Shown here piece after piece: positions 55,300 to 64,000 of a stretch of 64,000 nt of DNA. Each line of letters opens with the position of its first letter. Positions within the stretch are counted from its first letter, which is position 1. Source of the stretch: Octopus sinensis (Eukaryota); contig NC_043002.1 of assembly GCF_006345805.1 (NCBI RefSeq), positions 99,882,001-99,946,000 of the forward strand. Direction: 5' to 3'. Under the pieces are notes generated by a model. It had not been told where the DNA came from, did no database searches, and saw only the letters and a program-made list of their open reading frames with translations. Made by a program: the position numbers and the translations under genes.

Positions 55300-55462
55300 G
55301 ATCGCAAGCCACTATACATTGTTTATTTTCTCTCCCTGTTCCCTGCTGTGAAAAAGTGTAGGCTTGAAAAGTTAAAGACTTTTTCACTTCCTGAGCGTTA
55401 AACTAATACGTCTAGTAATTGTCTATACCACCTGTCATCGTCTTTTGTTTTTTGTGAATTCT

Positions 55463-55509
<47 letters not shown>

Positions 55510-55756
55510 ATATTAACAAGATTCACTTGGATAAGGTGCTTAAAGTTGAGGTATCTAGTTAGGTTGGAATATAATGCACGCACAACAATTTGTGGCACAA
55601 TGTATGCAGTTGATTTAACACAACTGAGTATATACTTCGCTCTTGAGTTATTCAGACGTGTACATTTTATGAAATAAATAGTATATAATATACTGTAAAT
55701 TAGGCGAGGGGCATGTTCTGAAACAGGGGAAGTAAAAATAAGTAGCACTTGTTACT
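55300..55756. mobile_element. Two short Penelope-type terminal-repeat fragments separated by (TA)n
   Basis: 55300-55466 (+) has a decayed CTG..A-AGTGTAGGCTT-GAAA-AGTT motif. 55505-55756 reads CTGAATA-ACTC-AA-GAGC-GAAG-TATATA on the minus strand. Both abut (TA)n. Confidence 0.45.
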
Positions 55757-55777
55757 TATATATATATATATATATAT

Positions 55778-57360
55778 GGGAAATTAAACAAGGAATATAC
55801 ATACACTTTAGCTAGTTTTAATATAATTTTTAGTATATCGACCGGTTTCGCTTTCGCTATTCATGATATTATGGTTTGCTTATTTGAAAATGTATTTTTT
55901 TAAGAAGAAGTTTTGTCCATGTTGTGTGTGATGATATTTACGAGTGAATGACTTCACAAGTAGAAAAATAAGGGGAGGTAATTGGTTAGCGTTATTATTG
56001 TTATTATTGTTGTGGGCAAGGAAGATAACTGTTCAGCTATCGGTAATGGGAGGGGAATATATATGTACAGACAAAAAAATATTTCCAAGGACTTGTTTAG
56101 TGAGGGGATATATGTACAGTGATGTAATCGTGAATGGAAATCTGTTAAAAGATAAAAGTTGGTTATTCGTGCATATTAAGACGTGATCCATATTTTTTCA
56201 ATCAAAAAGGTTTCTTTATTTAAACATTCTTTTGGAGAGATTGTGTCCTTGCACTGATAGAAGGGGAAGAATGTGAAATTTGGTTTGATGTTATCTGCAC
56301 ATTTTTCTATGTGTCGACTAAGAGGCATTTCCCTGTTTTGCGGGAAACGGATTCGCTCTTTATGGAGAGTGGTTCTCTTTCTCAAGACCATACTCTTCTC
56401 TCCTATATAGTTGCGTCCGCAACCCGAGTAGGTTATTACATAAATTAGTGAAGCTAGTTTTAATTGTGAATCTCTGTCCTTGTTTGAAAAGGAAATCCGA
56501 GCCTTCAAATAGGTTGGGGCAGGTTCCACAGTTTGGGCGTCTACATTTTTTAACCGTTGGCTTCTTGGCTGTTTTGTAAAGCTGCGCATTTATTAGTAGT
56601 CTCTTCAGGTATTTGTGTTGCTTTTTGTTTTTAATGAGTTTGTGTGTTTTAGGATTATGCTCATTTTTGGGTCTCTAGTTAGTAAATGAAAATTTTGCAC
56701 AATAGTGTTGAATGCTTCCCTTTTTCTTGAGGTGCGTGTTGATATACGTAGTAATGTTTTGAGATGAGGTGTGATGTTATACTGTGTTGTTCTTAGTGTT
56801 TTTATGTCTAATTCTTTAGCACGCTTAATTCACTCGTCTATAAGTGAGGGTGAATATTGTCTTTCAGTAAGCGTTGTTTTGAGGTCTTGAAGACGAAGAT
56901 CCCGAGTTGTACTATCAGCCACTATTGTGCAAATCCTTTTTGCCAAATTGAAAGGGATATTTATTTTGATGTGTTTCGGGTGGCATGAGTTAAAGAGGAG
57001 ATACTGTTTTGAATCAGTTAGTTTATAATAGATATCAGTTATGATTTGATTGTTGACTTTTTTATCATAATATCTAAAAATGAGAGTTGTTCTCTATTAT
57101 ATTCCATTGTGAATTGAATGTTGCTATTTATATAATTTAGTGTTGATTTGAAATCCAAAAGTTTGTCGATGTTCTCCTTCCAAATGATAAAACAGTCTTC
57201 CACGTATATTTTCCAATTTTATCTTATGTAGAGGTAAAATGGGTAAAATATTTCTGAAGTGATACGTCATATGAGGTGAATTCAAAATAACCCATTATTA
57301 GGTTCGCAAGAACAGGGGCTGCTTTCGTTCCCATCGCAATTCCGTAATACTGCCGATAGT
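55778..57360 (-). mobile_element. 5'-truncated Penelope-like element (Neptune-type): RT C-terminal half, Cys linker and GIY-YIG endonuclease, pseudogenised
   Basis: YRQYYGIAMGTKAAPVLANLIMGYFE; WKIYVEDCFIIW (decayed YxDD); TDIYYK.TDSKQYLLFNSCHPKH; KKCRRPNCGTCP linker; LIYVITYSGCGRNYIGE...LRKR..LH...PLSRHIEKC. The 3' end abuts (TA)n. Confidence 0.92.
55835..55869 (-). ncRNA. Minimal hammerhead-like motif in the 3' terminal repeat of the Penelope element
   Basis: Minus strand: ATATC-ATGAATA-GC(GAAA)GC-GAAA-CCGG-TC-GATAT. Perfect 5-bp stem I, GNRA-capped stem II, palindromic ACCGGT stem III and a GUC site. The core AUGAAUA deviates from CUGANGA. Confidence 0.65.
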
Positions 57361-57510
57361 ACCTCATTTGCACCTCACGGCAAGAGATGCAAATGAGGGT
57401 AGCTACATCAAACTCCATTTTTCACCAAGTTCCACATAGTGGAGGAGGCGCTTAGTGTGCCAAATTGGCGGTGCATCAGTGGGTCTACAGCTCTGAGCTG
57501 AAGCGACAAA

Positions 57511-57555
<45 letters not shown>

Positions 57556-57558
<3 letters not shown>

Positions 57559-57810
57559 TAAATATGATATGTTACAATTATTTGGTAATGATAAAACTCC
57601 GAGTTTCGGATGTTGGGGTGGAAACCCACATCGGAATCTCTTTAGTTATAGGTTCTTGATAAAAATGCTATGAAAATGACCTTTAAATAAAGGGAAATTA
57701 CAGTGTGATTGACCGTTATTGAGACAAAAGAGCTATTTGAATGACCGCTAGGTAAGGGAAGGAAGTAAATGTAAGGGACAAAAAACCTTCATATCAATCG
57801 CGTAAGCGCG
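57556..57810 (-). mobile_element. Penelope-type terminal-repeat fragment, homolog of 10185-10273
   Basis: Shared GATAAAACTC.GAGTTTC.GATG...GTGGAAA.CCACA...ATCTCTT. Starts at a (TA)n tract. Confidence 0.5.
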
Positions 57811-59902
57811 CATGTCCATACATACATATGCACGCCCGCACACCCACGTACATGTGCCTATATGCATATACTCTTACGATTTCTATCAATATATATATAT
57901 ATATATATATATGAGGAGAGAAAAAGAAAAGCGTACTATGCTATATGTATATATAAATCCCCCCAAAAAACGGAATAAAAACGCAACGGATGACAATAAA
58001 ACAATAAAAACCAGGACGGATCATTCGTGGCTTTCTGTTCATCAGTCAATTTTCCAATTATCATTACACTTTCGGCCTGATACACTTGAGATGTTCAAAA
58101 TTGTATAGGTCCAAAAAAATCTAAGCTAAGATCATCAGTATTTGAGAAGAAACGCAGACTAAAAAAAACGAGGAAACAGAGAAAATATTAAGCTCTTACA
58201 AATACAAACAACACGAGAATAACATCAGCGGTCTTTTAACTAATAAGAGCAAGTTAATTTGAGCTGGCGTGTGGAGTGAATGCTTTGCGGCACAAGCATA
58301 GATGGCAGCCAGGAGAGAGGAAAACAAGGTGTCGTACGGGCGGCGGCCGGGCCACGAAAATAAGATCAAGCTTCGCCAGACACCAGTCACATGGAAGGAA
58401 TAGAAAGAATTATGGTGTAGTATATATATATATATATATATATATAGTAATTTGCCAACGTAAAGTGTCAGTTACCAGTGTTGGTCATTTAATGGGAAAT
58501 ACCATAAGAAAGACAACCGCATGGAGATCAGGCAGGTAAATCTATCTTACTAAAGCAAACATGGGAATTTTAAAAATCTAGACTCCTTGTATTTAGTATT
58601 TAGACATTAGGGGTATAGTAAAAATAAATAGTAAATAAGCTAAGCTCCTACATCTTGCAGCGCAAGCAATCACGTATATTATGTGTTTGTCTGTGATTAT
58701 CTGAAGGCTTTTATCTATGTTTATGTCAAATTCTAAATCTCATGACCACGTAATTGCAATTTTAATTAGCTGATATTTTCTATTGTTTGCTGCTGCTTGA
58801 CTGATCAGAAATTAAACGGTGCTAGAATGTTTAACTCTCATTAATGCAGAGAGATTCTTGGTTAATTAGAATTTTATTGCTAGCAACATAAGCACAGGAA
58901 TGGCTGTGAGGTCAATAATTTCGTTTACAAGCTCGTGATTCCGGTTTTAATTCCACAGCATTGCACCTTTGGCGTTTGTCTTCAATTGCCTTAAATTAAC
59001 TACAATATTGATTAAAATTTGTGAATGGAATTTCGATAAAGAAAATACCAATTTTATATAAGTACATGCTTGTCTTTTGCGATAAAATAAGTACATAATT
59101 CGCATTAGTCCCATATTTGATATAATCGACTAAACCATGGATTACAGTACTCCAATATGGACGTAGCTCATTGGTAGAAACCAAGAAAATATTACACTAG
59201 GAAAGATTGCGTTTGCAAAGGAGTACCTATTTGTAAGCTACATATTCATGCGTCGACATATCGCTCAAAGTTCCTTACGCAAAAAAAAAAGAAATTACCT
59301 TCTAATTGAGCTTGAAGCGGCGGAATATCGCTTTACACACGGCATATAACCACTCATATATTATTTTTTTTTGAAATTTGCAGAAATTATTTTGCAAATG
59401 TATGTTCTACACCGAGAAATTATACGACTATGCAAAAATCAAAATTTTTAAAAAAATGTGTAATTAAAGATGTATTTAGCTTCGTTTGTTTATCACCCTG
59501 ATATATTGATGTTTTTCCTTATCTTTTTCCCCCACAGACTCAGTTAATGGTCTATTACTGAGAATTAAGACAAAGATTCGGATTGTCTGTATTTTAAGCA
59601 GTGATTAAAAAACGTCCTAAAAATTTTATATATTTTTTTTATTTTCTAAATTACGAAAAATTACAAAAAATGAAGTTCATACTCATGTTTTCCCGTATGT
59701 AGAATGCGAATTGATAAAAACAAAAATTTCTACGAAATCCAAAATATAAAACAATTTATGAGGGGTTATACGCCGTACGTGAAATTGAAATTCCGCCCAT
59801 TAAGCATCGTAGTATAGCAGTACAATAATGAATGAAATGAGAAATAAGGCAGGAAATCTTCAAACAATGCAGAAATTTTTTTTTTAAGTCTTTATATTCC
59901 AT

Positions 59903-60074
59903 ATGCGTAGGAGTGGCTGTGTGGTAAGTAGGTTGCTTACGAACCACATGGTTCCGGTTTCAGTCCCACTGCGTGGCACCTTGGGCAAGCTTTGTGATTG
60001 GATTTGGTAGACGGAAACTGAAAGAAGCCCGTCATATATATGTATATATATATGTGTATATATATATATATGTG

Positions 60075-60125
<51 letters not shown>

Positions 60126-60133
60126 GTATTATA

Positions 60134-60185
<52 letters not shown>

Positions 60186-60194
60186 TATATATAT

Positions 60195-60243
<49 letters not shown>

Positions 60244-60464
60244 CTATATATATATATATGTATGTATGTGTGAGTATATGTTTGGCCGCCAAACATCGCT
60301 TGGCAACCAATGCTGGTGTGTTTACGTCCCCTAACTTAGCAGTTCAGCAAGAAAGACCGATAAAATTAGTACTAGGCTTACAAAGAATAAGTCCTGGCGC
60401 CGATTTGCTCGACTAAAGGCGGTGCTCCAGCATGGCCACATTCAACTGGAAACAAGTAAAAGAG
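59903..60464 (+). mobile_element. Family-A SINE with a ~240-bp internal (TA)n
   Basis: Head GCGTAGGAGTGGCTGTGTGGTAAG and the family tail. Confidence 0.92.
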
Positions 60465-60496
60465 TTCCGGTTACTAAGAAGATTATAGTCAAAGAT

Positions 60497-60928
60497 ATGT
60501 GTATTTACATAGATCCTACCAATTTTGGATAGTCCGGTGCTTGTGCTAGCAGCAATAGCTCTTCAGACGCTCGTGTAGTTGGGGCGTATTGCTCACATAG
60601 TGAACAGTTAAGATTGGCTGTAGGTTAGCAGCAGTGGTGTTGAATGCAGTGATGGTAGTGGCAATCGGCAATGGTGTAGCCTATATCGGCATAGTTGGTG
60701 ATGGTGGTAATTGCATGTGTCGCAGTAGTAGTGAGTAACATTGCTAGTGGTGGTGTATATTCTTTCAGAATTCGTTCGCAAGGTGGTTGATGGCGGTCAA
60801 CAACAAGTATTCTCCGTCGCAGCATGCGACAGCGAAGGTGGAGTGTGTTGGAGACGAATAAGATGCGCTGGTCACGTTTGTATTGACGACATAATTGGAC
60901 GTGGCTGCAGTGATGTAGGAAAGTGTTT
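60497..60928 (-). mobile_element. Inverted, diverged copy of the 3' region of the Penelope-like element at 61546-63430
   Basis: The reverse complement aligns with 62196-62402 and 62801-62973 (e.g. CACTT..TACATCACTGC; CACCAACTA.GCCGA; CTAGCACAA.CACCG.AC...CCAAAAT.G.AGGATCTATGTA.AT). Confidence 0.75.
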
Positions 60929-60929
60929 T

Positions 60930-61155
60930 TTTTTCTTGTTTCAGTCATTAGAAGGCAGCCTTGCTGAGGAACCACCTTGAATTTTTTATTATAATTAACG
61001 AGTCGGTCCCAAGAAGTCTTTTTAAACCTAGTACTTATTCTATCGTTTTCATTTGCCGAACTGCTAAGTAACGGTGACACATGCACACCTACATTGGTTG
61101 TCAAACAGAGTAGGGTGGCAAGAAATACAGACTCAAAGACATACACATATACATA

Positions 61156-61217
<62 letters not shown>

Positions 61218-61395
61218 CATATATTTATATATATATAGGGCAATTTTCTTTCAGTTTTCGTCAAATAAATCAACTCACAAGGCTTTGGTTAGCAAGAGGC
61301 TGTAGTACAAAACACTACCCTAAGGTGTCACACAGTCGGACTGAACCCGAAACAATACGGTTGGGAAGCAAGCATCTTACCACACTATCATGCCT
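60930..61395 (-). mobile_element. Decayed family-A SINE
   Basis: Tail TTGTTTCAGTCATT, internal (TA)n and head CTTACCACAC. Confidence 0.8.
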
Positions 61396-61511
61396 GACAG
61401 GAGCCACCCGTTAAACATCACGGACGAGGAGAAAAGTTGACACGGAAAGACAGCCTGCCGAAACCTCTTCGTCTATTACAAGTCGATACTCCCTATGAGA
61501 GCTAACACCGG

Positions 61512-61544
<33 letters not shown>

Positions 61545-62402
61545 GAGGTCACCTGCGTACACAAGAGGTACAGGGACAGTGACAGGGGGACTTAAAGATT
61601 ACACAGTTCCTAAAGATACTTGGGATCATCAGACACCCAACATCCGTCACTAACACCTTACGCGAATACAAGCCAAACAAACGCGACAGGAGGAATCCCT
61701 CTAACATCTGCTTCCTGAGGTTTTGCCACTTTAATGAGAAGCCTACGTCCGCCATACACATGTCCATCTGCAATGAAGCCGTTGGTATCCTACTGGGCCA
61801 TTCGTGACCGCCAATGCGTGGACACCTGTGTACACGAAGATCACACACAGAACACCAGTCATGCACACTGGAGAACTACCCTTTACGCAACACGAACAGG
61901 TTCCTGCGAAAGTACGTCGGGTAACAGGTGCTCCTAATGCGGCAACTATTACATCAGTAGCCGGGTCCGACCACTCGACGTCCGGCTGAATGAGCACCTG
62001 GCTACGAACTCATCTTACTTCTGCAAACACTTAACTAAATGTGGCAACGCCACCACAGCGATAAGCACTTCCAGACTGGCCTCAGCGAGGAACACAAGAA
62101 ATCCTCGTATGAAGAAAGCTTTACTGATCCACTGTCTTAACCTGAAAATCAGCTGTCGATGGTAGTTGAGCCAGTGGCTTCTGTAAATATACTACCGAAC
62201 ACTTCTTACATCACTGCGAGTGCGATCAACACCTTTGTCACTATGACGGACACTAACGCTCTTATTCGCCGCCACCACACACCCAGCCACCACTTTTACC
62301 TATGACAAGATCATATAGCACCAACAGCATCACCAACTACTACAACGACATACACAACTGCCACTATCACCAACTACGCCGACTTAGACAACACCATCCC
62401 CG

Positions 62403-62800
62403 GTGGAGGCGCAATGGCCCAGCGGTTATAGCGGCGGACTTGCTGTGAGTGTTTATTTCTCTCACTCTTTCTTCCTACTTCTGCCACAAAGTAGATGAAT
62501 CATGGTGTAACCCACTATGGTGTGGTAAACTTTCAGACCCTAGTCTAGATTGCGAATCTTCTGTACCCCTTGATGGTTCAGCTCTCCACCCGTTAAAAGT
62601 AACCGTTTACGGAATGAGGATAACAACCCAGCTTTCGCGCCCGTGTAACTGCCAGTCTATAACGTGTGGTGGGTGGATCTTCAAGTTGCCGCTGGCTTTC
62701 TTAGTAGCTTAGAGTAGGCTCCAATTAGAGATTATTCTTTGTGGTGGCTAATGGCGTGAGTCCTGATTGGAAGAAGAAGTAGAACAAGAACAAGAAGAAG
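62403..62800 (+). mobile_element. tRNA-headed SINE with an (AAG)n tail
   Basis: GTGGAGGCGCAATGGCCCAGCGGTTA head and GAAGAAGAAG tail. 10-bp TSD ACCATCCCCG at 62393-62402 and 62801-62810. Confidence 0.8.
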
Positions 62801-62973
62801 ACCATCCCCGACTGCCGCCACTACCACAGCATTCACCACCGCTGCTGCCAACCTACAGTCAGTCTTCACCATCCGCAATGTGACGCCTACAGCACCAACT
62901 ACACCAGCGTTTGAGGAGCTGCCGCTACTAGCACAACCACCGAACGACCCAAAATAGCAGGATCTATGTAGAT

Positions 62974-63345
62974 CAGGGGTTCTCAAATAAATTTTATCAA
63001 CAGTCCTTTCTTACTATGATTTTATTCTGGTGGACCCCCTTAGCTACGGCCCTCTTTGACTATGATTTTGATCTGGTGGACTCGCATAGATGTTTAAAAA
63101 TTAATTTTATAGAATCTTCATTCAACATTTCTGTTTTGTATTTCACACATTAGCTTGTTGAGGTTGAACTATCTTAAATGTTAGAGAAAGAATCGTAGAT
63201 GCCTCTGGCAATACATATCAATGCATACATCTAAAACAAAAATGTTTAGAAACCCCTAAAATACTATTGTGGATCGTGGATCACCCCTTATCACAATCTC
63301 ATATGAGCCCTTGGGGGCAACAAGGACTCCTGTTGAGAATCACTG
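62974..63345. mobile_element. hAT (Charlie/Buster-like) MITE
   Basis: TIRs CAGGGGTTCTCAA / TTGAGAATCACTG. 8-bp TSD ATGTAGAT / ATGTAAAT with a central TA. Confidence 0.85.
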
Positions 63346-63360
63346 ATGTAAATACTCATT

Positions 63361-63398
63361 TCTTCTGAGGACAGACCTTTGCTCCCGAAATATAAAGG
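63361..63398 (+). ncRNA. Minimal hammerhead-like motif with a canonical CUGANGA core
   Basis: TCTT-CTGAGGA-CAGACCTTTGCTCCC-GAAA-TA-TA-AAGG. Stem I is UCUU/AAGG and stem III is palindromic AUAU. Stem II is decayed. Confidence 0.5.
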
Positions 63399-64000
63399 TT
63401 CTCCGAACTTGCTGCATTCGCAGAAACTTTCCTTCTTTCTAACTTCATTTATTGTTCTGCGAAAAGAAATTCTGATGATATATCAAACGCTGTGCATTCT
63501 GATAGTAAATCTCCTAGCGCTTGACTAAGTCAACGCCACTCTTTTCATATTATGGCTTTATTTATTACAAAAAAACTCGCCTAGTTAGTATAGCCACAGT
63601 ATAATTATATTTATTACATTATATGATGACATCTTAATATGTTTCAGCGACTTGTGAAATTGTTTTATAGTCCCTGCAACGAGAATGACGCAGCCATTGT
63701 CTCGAAAAATGGCGTGTTAGTTGGCAATGTTTTCCCCATTCAGATAGGGTATAGAATTAGTTCAGGCGCGCAAGATACTTTGAAAAGTAAGTTGTCAAAG
63801 TTTTGTGGATCTCAAATTGACAAATATGAGTATATTCACCTAAACGAATTTGCTTTTGTTGCTTAATACTACATTATATTTTGCAGCTTCGGTTTTGCGT
63901 GCTTTTGGAATACTTACTATTTTCACTTCTATCAAGACATTTTTATTTGCTTGGAATTCTGAAAAATATAAAAATTTCAGTGACTTTCTTTCTAAGTCAT

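Larger units (their letters stand above)
61546..63430 (+). mobile_element. Second degraded Penelope-like element (linker, GIY-YIG and 3' region) with a nested SINE and MITE
   Basis: ~61925-62160 translates RCS*CGNYYISSRVRPLDVRLNEHL..NSS.F.KHL.KC...R.KKALLI...NLKIS, matching the GIY-YIG pattern C..C...YIG.T.R.L..R..EH...H...EA..I...P.IN. Starts at (TA)n. Hammerhead-like motif at the 3' end. Confidence 0.7.

Noticed and set aside
63639-63866. 75-aa ORF near the window end
   Set aside because: No recognisable homology or coding signature; cannot be supported without a search.

Overview
AT-rich, repeat-dense eukaryotic intergenic or intronic DNA. I could not recognise any host protein-coding exon, rRNA, true tRNA or CRISPR array. 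The SINE families and (TA/TG)n expansions point to an octopus (coleoid cephalopod) genome; this is inference from recall, not a database result. Most long ORFs in the track are microsatellite artefacts. The real content is a layered transposon record: three tRNA-derived SINE families (several with clean TSDs), two degraded Penelope-like elements (RT and/or GIY-YIG), an RTE LINE with a twin-priming-type 5' inversion, R4/Dong-like RLE LINE relics, Helitrons, Tc1/mariner relics (one DD37E/TRT-like), a hAT MITE and a GC/CpG-rich island that may be a solo LTR. The most interesting signal is a set of minimal hammerhead-ribozyme-like motifs, many with non-canonical cores. They lie in short Penelope-type terminal repeats embedded in (TA)n tracts, and include a 210-bp-arm near-perfect palindrome carrying one motif on each strand. 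Coordinates were read by eye and may be off by a few bases.
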